Shown: positions 1 through 9,350 of the stretch, in pieces
Layout: every line of letters begins with the position of its first letter
Position numbering within the stretch: the stretch's first letter is position 1
Assembly: GCA_964485575.1 (NCBI GenBank)
Contig: CAZAJO010000005.1
Coordinates: 1,389 to 65,388, forward strand
Direction: 5' to 3'
Length of the DNA: 64,000 nucleotides
Origin: an uncultured Gammaproteobacteria bacterium
GTDB lineage: Bacteria > Patescibacteriota > Microgenomatia > Levybacterales > GWA1-39-11
Program-made: the position numbers and the translations under genes
The notes under the pieces: generated by a model
What the model saw: the letters and a program-made list of their open reading frames with translations, nothing else
What the model was told of the DNA's origin: nothing
Database searches by the model: none

Positions 1-1119
1 ACCAGCAATATTTTGTGGAACACCAACTCTCACAGTCATAGATAGCATCCTTTTGGCTGATTCTTCAGCGCCAACTGTCTTTGCTCCACCGCCAGTTATG
101 ACAAGACCGGCTGGGGTTTGGGTAGCAAATCCGCTCTTCTTTATTTCAAGTGCAATCATAGTGAACAACTCATTGAGTCTTGGTCTTATGATGCCCTCAA
201 CCAATGTTTTTGAACTAACTTTTTTAATATCTTCAGGCAGATGAAGCTCATTCAGATCCAACTCATCTTCCTCTGCTCTATTTCTGCGTTGCCCCGTTTC
301 AGGATCAGGAACTCTTACCCGACGCGTGTAATGTTTTGAAAGATACAATTTTATCTTTTCTGCACTCTCAAGCGAAATCTTAAGTCCAATCGCCAAATCA
401 TTGGTGATGTGCCTTGCTCCAATTGGAATGACACTTGTATAAGAAAGTGACCCATCAGCATAAATGGCGATATTCGTAACACCGGCACCAATATCTGCAA
501 GAACTACTCCCAACTCTTTCTCCGTATCAGAAAGAACCGAGAGAGATGAAGCAAGTCCTGCAAAAACAAGGCTTTGAACATTTACTCCTGCTTCTGAAGA
601 AAGGATCTTTTCTACATTTTTGACGCCTGCTGAATTTGCCGTGATGATATGAGTATCAACCTCAAGCCTCACCCCTGACATTCCGACAGGATCCTTGATC
701 CCACCTTCACCATCGACGGTAAAAGTCTTTGGTATGACATGGATGATCTCTCTTGTTGAGGGGAGTGAAACAGCACCAGCTGCCTCAAGCACTCTTTCAA
801 CGTCATACTCTGATATCTCACCATCAGGTTGGCTGACTGCCACAACACCTTTAGAATTTTGGGACTCGATATTTACACCCGAGACAGACACAAAAACTCT
901 ATCAATTGAATGACCGGCCATCCTCTCAGCACTATCAAGGGAAGCATTTATCGCATCAGACGCCTCTTCTATATTTACAATCTGACCTTTCTTTACACCT
1001 TTCGAGGCTGATTCACTGACGCCGAGTATATTTATGATGTCTTCATCTACTCTACCGATAAGAGTAGCTACTTTTGAGGAACCAATATCGATTCCCACGA
1101 CAATATCTGCATTCTTCAT
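1..1119 (-). CDS. ftsA: Cell division protein FtsA (3' end runs out of window)
   Basis: Not in ORF track; manual translation from ATG 1119 gives MKNADIVVGIDIGSSKV...DIGAGVT...GARHITNDLAIGL...GGGAK (actin-like ATPase motifs); last gene of the dcw cluster. Confidence 0.95.
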   Translation of the reverse strand, partial: MKNADIVVGIDIGSSKVATLIGRVDEDIINILGVSESASKGVKKGQIVNIEEASDAINASLDSAERMAGHSIDRVFVSVSGVNIESQNSKGVVAVSQPDGEISEYDVERVLEAAGAVSLPSTREIIHVIPKTFTVDGEGGIKDPVGMSGVRLEVDTHIITANSAGVKNVEKILSSEAGVNVQSLVFAGLASSLSVLSDTEKELGVVLADIGAGVTNIAIYADGSLSYTSVIPIGARHITNDLAIGLKISLESAEKIKLYLSKHYTRRVRVPDPETGQRRNRAEEDELDLNELHLPEDIKKVSSKTLVEGIIRPRLNELFTMIALEIKKSGFATQTPAGLVITGGGAKTVGAEESAKRMLSMTVRVGVPQNIAG

Positions 1120-1207
1120 ATTTTAACTAGTTTAGTAAAAACACTAAAACTTTACAATGGGTTTATACAAAGTAAAGCTTATTGTTAAGTCTATTATAGC
1201 TTGACGA

Positions 1208-1235
1208 TTGGTTTACGTCCGAAGGACGAAGCCAA
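1208..1235. other. Intergenic hairpin between ftsQ-like gene and ftsA
   Basis: TTGGTTTACGTCC-GAA-GGACGAAGCCAA imperfect inverted repeat. Confidence 0.45.
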
Positions 1236-1754
1236 TTAGAAACGCACTATTGGCTTATTGTACCTCAAATCTATAGAAATTGCTTGCTTCCCGTCTTCTA
1301 TTATCTGACGGGCTACGGCATCGGCCATATCAAGCTGCGCATTTATATCCTTTTCTTTTGAGAGTGTTACAAGAGTTGACCCATGCATAACAAATGTTAC
1401 AGACGCAGAATCTGAGGCAAATTCGATGTTGCTAATGTCCAAACCCTTATTTTGAAGAATGTTTTGAATCTGATCGTTGTCAGGATATCCATTACCCAAG
1501 GGGTTGAGAATGTTTAGATCTTTATGAAATACGCTAGGAAGAACATATGATCTTACAAAGAAAAGTAGTGCAGCCAGCATGAAAAGACCAAGCACCACAA
1601 GAAAAAACCTCATCAATAATTTCTTGTACTCTCTGTGTTTTCTTTCTTTGACGAATGGACGGATATCAGATCTTTTTCTCCTTTTGAAAAGAGAGACTCT
1701 CCGCTTAGCTCTCTTCTCTTGGGGTTGTTGAGCTTGCTTCTCTTCGTTTTCCAT
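1236..1754 (-). CDS. ftsQ: Short FtsQ/DivIB-like division protein
   Basis: Basic N-terminus, one TM helix, C-terminal IDLRYNKPIVRF; lies between murG and ftsA. Confidence 0.7.
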   Translation of the reverse strand: MENEEKQAQQPQEKRAKRRVSLFKRRKRSDIRPFVKERKHREYKKLLMRFFLVVLGLFMLAALLFFVRSYVLPSVFHKDLNILNPLGNGYPDNDQIQNILQNKGLDISNIEFASDSASVTFVMHGSTLVTLSKEKDINAQLDMADAVARQIIEDGKQAISIDLRYNKPIVRF

Positions 1755-2841
1755 ATCTACGTATTTGTTCTATAATTTTTTCTGGAGCATCAAAATGAAC
1801 ATATTTTTGTGCATTTTTTGCGTTACTTATATATTTTTTTTGTTCTTTTATCATAGCACGCATTTTTGTAAGCAATAAATCTGGCGTAAGTACGTTTTGT
1901 TGAATGTATTCTCCAAGCCCCGTATTTTGGAATAGTTGTGCATTTTCTAACTGCTCGTTTTTTTGTCCGATTGGAAGTGGGATAAGCAAACTCATAGTGC
2001 CCATACTCATCAACTCTAAAACTGTATTTATACCTGAGCGGGATACTACAAGCGTCGCTTTACTCATATAAGAAGCAACTTCTGACGGTGTAAAAAATTC
2101 ACTCACTATATAATTTTTCCTAATACTACTGCCAAGCATGTCATGAAAATTCTCAAATCTCTCAAAGTCCCCGGTTTCTTTTGAGTTTCCTGTCTGGTGC
2201 ACAACAACGTATTCAGAAAGTAATTCAGGCAAGATTTCGTAGACTAGATTGTTTATTGCATGAGCACCGGTACTTCCACCTGTAATGTAAATAATATCTT
2301 TAGTATTTTTAGGTTTTATATTTTCGGTTTTTAATATTTCTTCCCTTATCGGGTTACCGGTCAAAATAACATTCTTTCCTCTGAAATGTTTGATTGATGA
2401 ATCAAAAGAAACACAGATAACAGATGACACTTTTGCAATCAATTTACTTGATAGTCCAGCATTCTGGGTCTGCTCGTGAAGGACAACCGGAATTTTTAGG
2501 ATTGATGCGGCCAAAGCAACAGGAAGTCCGACATACCCTCCGAACGTAACGACAACATCAGGATCAAAATCTTTCAGGATTTTTAGAGCATCATAAATTC
2601 CTTTCGGAAATTTGAGGGCTGAGGGGATAGAGTGGGTGGTTAACTTACGTTGCAATCTCCCTGCTTTAATTTCAGAAAAGGCAATCCCCTCTTTCTTACA
2701 AATCTGGTATTCATATGTCTCGTTGGTATCACCTTCAAAAGCATACTTTCTCCCAATGACAAGCACTTCATCAGATCTGTCCAATTTTTTTATGACTGAG
2801 TAGGCAGGACTGAAATGTCCGCCGGTTATTACAATACGCAT
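1705..2841 (-). CDS. murG: MurG GlcNAc transferase
   Basis: TGGH, FGGYVGLP, HEQ, TGNPIR, GGSTGA, SRSG, EQLENA motifs; likely start MRIVITGG at 2841. Confidence 0.95.
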   Translation of the reverse strand: MRIVITGGHFSPAYSVIKKLDRSDEVLVIGRKYAFEGDTNETYEYQICKKEGIAFSEIKAGRLQRKLTTHSIPSALKFPKGIYDALKILKDFDPDVVVTFGGYVGLPVALAASILKIPVVLHEQTQNAGLSSKLIAKVSSVICVSFDSSIKHFRGKNVILTGNPIREEILKTENIKPKNTKDIIYITGGSTGAHAINNLVYEILPELLSEYVVVHQTGNSKETGDFERFENFHDMLGSSIRKNYIVSEFFTPSEVASYMSKATLVVSRSGINTVLELMSMGTMSLLIPLPIGQKNEQLENAQLFQNTGLGEYIQQNVLTPDLLLTKMRAMIKEQKKYISNAKNAQKYVHFDAPEKIIEQIRRYGKRREASSTTPREES

Positions 2842-2845
2842 AATT

Positions 2846-3985
2846 TTATTTTCTACCAAAGCGACCAAAATGACCTTTTTTTACGGAATGTAAAGAGCTT
2901 TTTTTACGCGGAGAATTCCCTTTCTCAAGAGCGATGTTGAACAGTAACCCTATCGCTACAAAATTAATAAGCATTGAACTTCCTCCATACGAAATAAATG
3001 GTAAAGGAACCCCAGTTAGGGGAATAAGAATCGCTTGGGATGCAAGATTTATCAAAGCCTGAGTCGTCACAAAAACAGTGATGCCTGTTGCTAACAATTT
3101 TCCGAACTGAGTTTTTGCATTCATAGCTATCAATATACCTATTGTTGAAAGCGCTACATAAATAGAAACCAATATTACACTTCCGATGTATCCTGCTTCC
3201 TCAGCAAATATCGCAAAAACAGAATCCGTCGTGTGCTCCGGAAGGTATGCGTATTTCTGGACAGAATTACCAAACCCTACTCCGGTAAATCCTCCTGACC
3301 CAAGCGCTATCACTATTTGTTTTGTGTGATAAGAGGTCGCGCTAAGATTGTTGACGTCAACATTCTGAAAGGCGGTTAGGCGCTTTACCCTATATGGACT
3401 TGCCCCGGCCAAAAGCACAATTCCGATAAGACCAACAATAAGAATCGGCGCAACTTCCCGCATTGAAGCACCAGAAACGTAATAAACGATAAAAGATGTC
3501 GCTCCGATAATAAATGATGTCTTCAAATCCGGTTGCAAAAGAACGAGCCCGCTTGCTATACCAAGTAGTATCAAAAATGCCATAAGTCGTCCTTTCTCCT
3601 TTACCGAAAGCCATGATGCGAGGTAGAGAGACAATGTGATTTTAAGAAGCTCTGATGGTTGGAAGATTGAGATCCCAAGGTTGATCCATCTATGTGAACC
3701 GTTGAGTTCAAGTCCAATGACCGGCATAAATACCAAAAGAAGCGTAACAAGAGTTCCTGCAAGAAGTGGAAGAGAGACGTTATAAAGAAACGTCTCTTTC
3801 AGACGAGACACTACAAAAGCAGCTGCGATCCCAAGCAAGATCCAGATGCTTTGATTTTTGATGAAATAGTATTTATCGTGTAGATCAAGTTGTGCTGTAT
3901 AGGAAGAGCTTTCGTAGAGAATAAATAGTCCAAGGCTTGTAAGAATTACAGTTACAACAAGAAGGGACAGGGCGAGTCTATTCAT
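2846..3985 (-). CDS. ftsW: FtsW SEDS peptidoglycan polymerase
   Basis: NGSHRWI, QPSELLK, LQPD, YLPEHTTD, GVPLPFISYGGSS. Confidence 0.93.
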   Translation of the reverse strand: MNRLALSLLVVTVILTSLGLFILYESSSYTAQLDLHDKYYFIKNQSIWILLGIAAAFVVSRLKETFLYNVSLPLLAGTLVTLLLVFMPVIGLELNGSHRWINLGISIFQPSELLKITLSLYLASWLSVKEKGRLMAFLILLGIASGLVLLQPDLKTSFIIGATSFIVYYVSGASMREVAPILIVGLIGIVLLAGASPYRVKRLTAFQNVDVNNLSATSYHTKQIVIALGSGGFTGVGFGNSVQKYAYLPEHTTDSVFAIFAEEAGYIGSVILVSIYVALSTIGILIAMNAKTQFGKLLATGITVFVTTQALINLASQAILIPLTGVPLPFISYGGSSMLINFVAIGLLFNIALEKGNSPRKKSSLHSVKKGHFGRFGRK

Positions 3986-4993
3986 TTAGTGTATGAATGC
4001 AAGATACAGACCGATAAGTGCAAAAGCAAATCCCATTAGCCATCCGCGCATAACAACCTTTGGCTCCTCCCACCCGCGCTTGAGGAAATACAGATGAAGA
4101 GGTGCAATAGGAAAAGCTTTTCTTTTCAAGAATTTCTTTGAAAGGATCTGGATAAGAGATGATCCTACTTCAACGATGTATACTCCTCCAATAACTGCAA
4201 CAGCCAATTCTTTTCCGGTCAGAAGTCCTATGACTGCAAGTGCTGCACCAAGAGACAAAGACCCCACATCCCCCAACCACAATCGGGCCTTATAGATATT
4301 GAAGTAAAGAAAAGCTCCTACGGAGCCTAAAAGGATAGCTATAAAGATGGCAAGAAAATCGTTGAGAAGTGTTTTTGAAATGACAAGAAATGCGCAAAGA
4401 CATATCAAAAGGACTCCACAAGAAAGACCGTCTAGACCATCTGTGATATTGAATGCATTTGTAAAACTCACGATAACAAATGCCGCAAAAAGGATATATA
4501 AAGGACCAAGCATTATTTCTCCCATTGCTGGAATATGTACAAATGTATACCCATTCATGAATAGAACCCACCCGATAAGAAGCCCTAATATCCATTGGAT
4601 GATGAATTTATGCTTGAATCTCAACCCAAAAAACCCGGTCCGCTCCACATTTAGTATCTTTTTTATGTCGTCGTAAAATCCGAGTGCTCCAAATGCAACG
4701 AAAGAAAAAAGGAGAACAAATAGCTCCCATGGCTTAACGTCAACCCTAAAAAGTCCATACGCCCAGAGAGTAAGGATAGTCACGACAAAGATAATAAGAA
4801 GCCCACCTCCGATGGGGGTTCCGACTTTCCAATCATGCATCTTGTCGAAAAGATACGTCCTATTGTTGAACACGTCTCTTGTCTTTTGTTTCTGTCTCTG
4901 AAGTTTCATCTTATAGAGGAAGTCTATAAATGGAACGATCAGGATAGAGGTTATGAAAAGAGAAAGAATCGCAAAACCAAATACTTTGTCCAT
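3986..4993 (-). CDS. mraY: Phospho-MurNAc-peptide transferase MraY
   Basis: GTPIGGG, GFYDD, NITDGLDGL, GDVGS, APLH; multi-TM. Confidence 0.93.
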   Translation of the reverse strand: MDKVFGFAILSLFITSILIVPFIDFLYKMKLQRQKQKTRDVFNNRTYLFDKMHDWKVGTPIGGGLLIIFVVTILTLWAYGLFRVDVKPWELFVLLFSFVAFGALGFYDDIKKILNVERTGFFGLRFKHKFIIQWILGLLIGWVLFMNGYTFVHIPAMGEIMLGPLYILFAAFVIVSFTNAFNITDGLDGLSCGVLLICLCAFLVISKTLLNDFLAIFIAILLGSVGAFLYFNIYKARLWLGDVGSLSLGAALAVIGLLTGKELAVAVIGGVYIVEVGSSLIQILSKKFLKRKAFPIAPLHLYFLKRGWEEPKVVMRGWLMGFAFALIGLYLAFIH

Positions 4994-5071
4994 ATGTTTT
5001 TAAACAGAAAGTGATTATATATCACTATATGTCTATTTTACAACGAAGTGAAGGTGAAAAGGAAGAGATAT

Positions 5072-5716
5072 CTACTTTATGGTCTCACCGGACAGGTGGA
5101 CACCTCTAACAGGGACAAGTGGATAAACCAGGGTTTTTGTACCTAAAATCGTACCTGGATTGAGCACTGCGTTGACACCAATGAAGCAATCGTCCCCAAT
5201 AACACTTCCAAATTTCTGCATTCCCGTCGATATCCTAGTCTCACCGTCTCTTATCTCAATTTCTTTCTTATCAAATCTCCAGTTGGCAAGAGTAGCACTT
5301 CCGGAAAGATTTACGTTACTTCCGATAATACTATCCCCAATATAATTCAGATGTGCCAACTTTGATCCCGATAAGATGATGGAATGCTTCACTTCAGTTG
5401 CATGTCCTACGCGTACTCCTGAACCGATAAGTACTCCACCCCTCAGATATGCACTATGACCTATTGTAGAATTATCACATATGATTGCCCCACCCACTAT
5501 TTTGGCGTCACTGTCAATCTCAACATTCTTCCCGATATAGGTGTTTTCGGAGATTTCTTCAAATCCGGAGAAAAAAGGAGTGTCTTTAAAATTCTTTATG
5601 AAGTCATCAATTGACTTCAGTGCTTCCCAGGGATAAGTAGACTCCTCAAACAACTGCCTGAAGATGCCCAGGTCTTCAAAGAAATTTGAGAAATGAAACT
5701 GATTATTTTGATCCAT
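5072..5716 (-). CDS. Hexapeptide-repeat acetyltransferase, archaeal GlmU C-terminal-like
   Basis: Left-handed beta-helix repeats, HLNYIGDSIIG, ANWRFD, KFGSVIGD; overlaps upstream NTP-transferase by 14 bp. Confidence 0.75.
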   Translation of the reverse strand: MDQNNQFHFSNFFEDLGIFRQLFEESTYPWEALKSIDDFIKNFKDTPFFSGFEEISENTYIGKNVEIDSDAKIVGGAIICDNSTIGHSAYLRGGVLIGSGVRVGHATEVKHSIILSGSKLAHLNYIGDSIIGSNVNLSGSATLANWRFDKKEIEIRDGETRISTGMQKFGSVIGDDCFIGVNAVLNPGTILGTKTLVYPLVPVRGVHLSGETIK

Positions 5717-6443
5717 CTGAAAGCAGTGTTTCCGCAGCTACGAGATCATCTTTTGTGTTAACTCCATGCCATTTACCATCAGTCAATTTGTGAGCAGCGA
5801 TTTTTCCTTTCTGATGAGCGATGATATCTATGATGTCTGTGATGTAATACTCACCCGTGACAGGATTTTTGTGAATTTCTGAGATATTGTCTTCCAGATA
5901 CTTTTTGTTGATGACATAACATCCTAAATTTACTTCTTTAATTTTCTTTTGTTCATCTGTCGCATTCTTCTCCTCTACAATTCCTATCACTTCGTTGTTT
6001 TCGTCACGGATTATTCTTCCAAGCCCTGTCGGGTCATCAGAATCCATAGTCACAAAAGTTATCTTTGCTCCTTCATCGATATGAGTCTGATAAAGATTTT
6101 TGAAAGTTGTTGCCGTATGAAGAAATGAATCATCTCCATATAATATAAGAAGGTCTTGAGTGTCACTAGGCACTTTAGGAAGTGCTGACACTACAGCATG
6201 CCCTGTTCCCAACTGTTCTGTCTGCTCTGCGACAATGATATCTTCTGAAAGCAAGGGAAGGACTGATTCTTTCGCAAACCCGACAACGACAACGATATGT
6301 GAAAGCCCTGCTTCTTTTAGAATAGAGAGTGTTCTTGCAAGCATGGGTTGCCCAGCAACGTGCATTGCGACTTTATTCGTGTCGGTTGACTGCATCCGTG
6401 TTCCACGGCCGGCAGCCAAAATAATTGCAGTCAAATTGCGCAT
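5703..6443 (-). CDS. glmU: GlmU uridyltransferase domain only
   Basis: ILAAGRGTRM, EQLGTGHAV, LYGD, IVEEK, GEYYITD, GVN; no C-terminal LbH domain. Confidence 0.85.
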   Translation of the reverse strand: MRNLTAIILAAGRGTRMQSTDTNKVAMHVAGQPMLARTLSILKEAGLSHIVVVVGFAKESVLPLLSEDIIVAEQTEQLGTGHAVVSALPKVPSDTQDLLILYGDDSFLHTATTFKNLYQTHIDEGAKITFVTMDSDDPTGLGRIIRDENNEVIGIVEEKNATDEQKKIKEVNLGCYVINKKYLEDNISEIHKNPVTGEYYITDIIDIIAHQKGKIAAHKLTDGKWHGVNTKDDLVAAETLLSDGSK

Positions 6444-6444
6444 C

Positions 6445-7773
6445 TTAGTAATCCTCTTGGTCTTCTTTTATATCTGCTCCAACTGCAGACAGTCTTTCAA
6501 CAAATTTTTCATATCCACGCTCTATATGCTCTATCCCATAAACAACGCTTTCACCTTTTGCTATAAGAGAAGCAATGACAACCGTTGCTCCTGCTCGAAG
6601 ATCACTGACGGTAAGAACAGCATTGTGAAGGTTTTTTGGACCTGAAATTCTTATGGCCTGCTTGTAGGTAACTTTTGGATCGTAGTTGAAATTGTAAACC
6701 TCTTCAGGATTTGAAACCTCCGGATCAAAAAAGTCAATTTTAGCACCCATTTTTCGAAGTTCTGATACGTATCCAAATCTATTTTCATAAATTGTTTCGT
6801 GAATTGTTGATTCCCCAACGGCTTGGGTAGTTAAAATCGCCCAAGGTCCCTGCCAGTCGGTCTTGAATCCTGGCTCTGGTGCTGTTGTGACATTTGTTGG
6901 AGCGAGTCCATTTTTTGAGAAAAACCTTACTTTTCCATCTATCTCCTCGTATGTACCACCTGCACTTTCTAATTCTTTCAAAAATTCTCCGACATTTGTC
7001 AAATTGGCATTCTCAAGAAAGATATTCCCACCGGTAAGGATGGATAGCACTGCAAATGTTACTAATTCATTACCATCAGACACTATCTCGTACGATGTTC
7101 CGTGCAATTTCTCAACTCCCGTGATCTCTATTCTTCTTCCCTCAAGCCTTTTTATGTTAGCCCCCATATTATTAAGAAGCCCTATAAGGTCATCAATCTC
7201 GTGTTCTTCCGCAGCATTCTCAATAACAGTTGTGCCTTTTGCTAACGTTGCTGCCATGATCAAAGTCTCAGTTCCTGTATGGGTATTTTTTTCAAATCTG
7301 TACGTTGTGCCGGTAAGTCCTTCTGTTGTTGCATGATAATACCCGTCTTCAGATTTGTACTCTATTTTTGCACCCATCTGCTCAAGACCTTCAATATGTC
7401 TTTCGATAGGTCGCGCTCCGAGTCTGCATCCTTCAGGGTTGGGGACTACAGCGTTACCGGTTCTTAGTAACAAAGGGGATATAAACATCGATGAGGTCCT
7501 AACCCTTGCTCCTTCAGCAAGTGAAATAGTGTGGTTTTTTATTTCTTTTACGGTTATCGTAACCTCCCCATCCTGTCTTTCAACAGTTCCTCCAATTGAT
7601 TCTATGACCTCTAAAAGCGCTTCGATATCCGAAATCTCAGGAACATTTTTAAGAGTAACGGGCTCTGAGGTAAGACAGGCTGCAATCACTGCCTTTGTCA
7701 CGACATTCTTAGATCCCGAGATCCGGATCACACCTGAAAGAGCGTTCCCTCCTTTTATAATATATTGCTTCAT
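6445..7773 (-). CDS. murA: UDP-GlcNAc enolpyruvyl transferase
   Basis: GSKN, GCRLGARPIERH (catalytic-loop Cys retained), TIYENRF, DLRAGA, IERGYE. Confidence 0.96.
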   Translation of the reverse strand: MKQYIIKGGNALSGVIRISGSKNVVTKAVIAACLTSEPVTLKNVPEISDIEALLEVIESIGGTVERQDGEVTITVKEIKNHTISLAEGARVRTSSMFISPLLLRTGNAVVPNPEGCRLGARPIERHIEGLEQMGAKIEYKSEDGYYHATTEGLTGTTYRFEKNTHTGTETLIMAATLAKGTTVIENAAEEHEIDDLIGLLNNMGANIKRLEGRRIEITGVEKLHGTSYEIVSDGNELVTFAVLSILTGGNIFLENANLTNVGEFLKELESAGGTYEEIDGKVRFFSKNGLAPTNVTTAPEPGFKTDWQGPWAILTTQAVGESTIHETIYENRFGYVSELRKMGAKIDFFDPEVSNPEEVYNFNYDPKVTYKQAIRISGPKNLHNAVLTVSDLRAGATVVIASLIAKGESVVYGIEHIERGYEKFVERLSAVGADIKEDQEDY

Positions 7774-7780
7774 AGTGATT

Positions 7781-7850
7781 ACGTTAACGTGTTCACGGGT
7801 TAACGCGTTCTAACTTTTTAACTCGTTAACTTTTTAGCCCGTAACTAACT
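7781..7850. repeat. Degenerate GTTAA-NNN octamer array at murC/murA junction
   Basis: mRNA sense gttacggg ctaaaaa gttaacga gttaaaaa gttagaac gc gttaaccc gtgaacac gttaacgt; overlaps murC stop. Confidence 0.8.
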
Positions 7851-9298
7851 TTATACACATCCCCAGCTCCAATTGTGAGTATTATGTACTCACTAGAGCT
7901 GAAGTTTTGGTCTAAGTATTCTATCACATCATCAAATTTTTCTTTGTATATGACGTCAACATTTTCGGAAAAAGCATCCACTAATTCTTTTTCAGAAATA
8001 GTATCACCCTCCGTATCTCTAGCAGATTTAAATATTGGCAGAAGCACTAACTTCTCAACTCCACTAAATGACATTGCAAAATCAGAAAGTAACGCTTTTG
8101 TCCTTGAGAATGTATGGGGCTGAAAAACACATACCAATTTTTTTTCTGGGTAACTTTTTTTGATGGATGAAATAGTCGTTACTATCTCCAATGGATGATG
8201 ACCATAATCATCTATAAGAAGTGCTCCATGAGGGGTAGTTCCAATTATTTCTGTCCTTCTTTTCGTACCGGTAAAAACCTTTAGCGCTTGACGGATTTTT
8301 TGATATTCATAACCTAATTCTGAAAGCAGAGCAACAACTGACATTGCATTTTTCGCGTTATGTATTCCTGAAATAGATAGCTCAAATAACCCCATCTCAC
8401 GTCCTTTTTTGTGAACTGTAAATTTAGTAGACAGACCAAAAGAAACAATTTTTGATATGACATAGTCATTCTCAACACCCTGACCATAAGAGACTACTGA
8501 AATGTCTTTTGTGATCTTGTCTTTAAAGGAAGACAAATATGTATCGTCACCATTTACAAACAATTTGCCACCACTTCTGATGTTGTCTGCAAGTTCCAAA
8601 AAAGCACCAACAATCTCGTCAGTGTCTTTGAAAAGGTCCGGATGATCAAAATCTATATTATTAAAGATTGCGTATCTTGGGGCAAGATAAAGGAATTTCG
8701 GAACCCGGTCATGCACGGGCTCTGAGGCATATTCATCGGCTTCTGCGATAAAATAGTCCCCACTCCCAAAATGTCCCGGGGCGGCTGAAGGAAACACCTC
8801 ACCGGTACCCACGCTGTATGAAGGGTCCAAATCTAGCGATGCCATGGTCGTTGCAAGAAGGGAAGAGATGGTGGTTTTTCCATGGGACCCTGCAACGGCA
8901 ATCCCCTGTATATTTTTGCCAAAAATATCACCTTTCATAAATATTGATAAAGCTTGCCCTTGAGAAAGAATTGCTATCTTGTTCTCCCGTGCCCACACAA
9001 CTTGTGGATTATCAAACCCCTTGTGTGCCCCTGTTGTCACGACTAGACAAAGAGCTTTTGATGTATCACTAAAAAAACTTTGGATCGAAGAAACGTCAAA
9101 CCCGGAAGACACAGCAATTTCTTTTTTTGCCAACCATACGCCTGTTATAAATTCCTCCTCAACATCAGATCCACTAACTGCAAATCCTGCCTCTTTTGCA
9201 ATAATGGCAAGCGGAGCCATCCCCACACCTTTGACTCCTACAAAGAATATTTTTTTTATTTTCTCAGGAACTCTCAACTCTTGAGTCTTATATTTCAT
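7826..9298 (-). CDS. murC: UDP-MurNAc-L-Ala ligase
   Basis: GVKGVGM, GSHGKTT, EADE, DFDHPD, DDYGHHP, FQPHTFSRT, GAGD. Confidence 0.95.
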   Translation of the reverse strand: MKYKTQELRVPEKIKKIFFVGVKGVGMAPLAIIAKEAGFAVSGSDVEEEFITGVWLAKKEIAVSSGFDVSSIQSFFSDTSKALCLVVTTGAHKGFDNPQVVWARENKIAILSQGQALSIFMKGDIFGKNIQGIAVAGSHGKTTISSLLATTMASLDLDPSYSVGTGEVFPSAAPGHFGSGDYFIAEADEYASEPVHDRVPKFLYLAPRYAIFNNIDFDHPDLFKDTDEIVGAFLELADNIRSGGKLFVNGDDTYLSSFKDKITKDISVVSYGQGVENDYVISKIVSFGLSTKFTVHKKGREMGLFELSISGIHNAKNAMSVVALLSELGYEYQKIRQALKVFTGTKRRTEIIGTTPHGALLIDDYGHHPLEIVTTISSIKKSYPEKKLVCVFQPHTFSRTKALLSDFAMSFSGVEKLVLLPIFKSARDTEGDTISEKELVDAFSENVDVIYKEKFDDVIEYLDQNFSSSEYIILTIGAGDVYKVSYGLKS

Positions 9299-9309
9299 AA
9301 TTGTATTTT

Positions 9310-9350
9310 GTTAACGGGTTTTAACTTTTTAACTCATTAACCTTTTAACA
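9310..9350. repeat. Degenerate octamer array at murE/murC junction
   Basis: mRNA sense gttaaaag gttaatga gttaaaaa gttaaaac ccgttaac; supplies the murE TAA. Confidence 0.75.

Noticed and set aside
5010-5026. AGTGA-N7-TCACT palindrome upstream of mraY as a fourth CRP-like box
   Set aside because: Spacer is 7 rather than 6 nt and it overlaps a TATAAT box; could be another operator but this is unsupported
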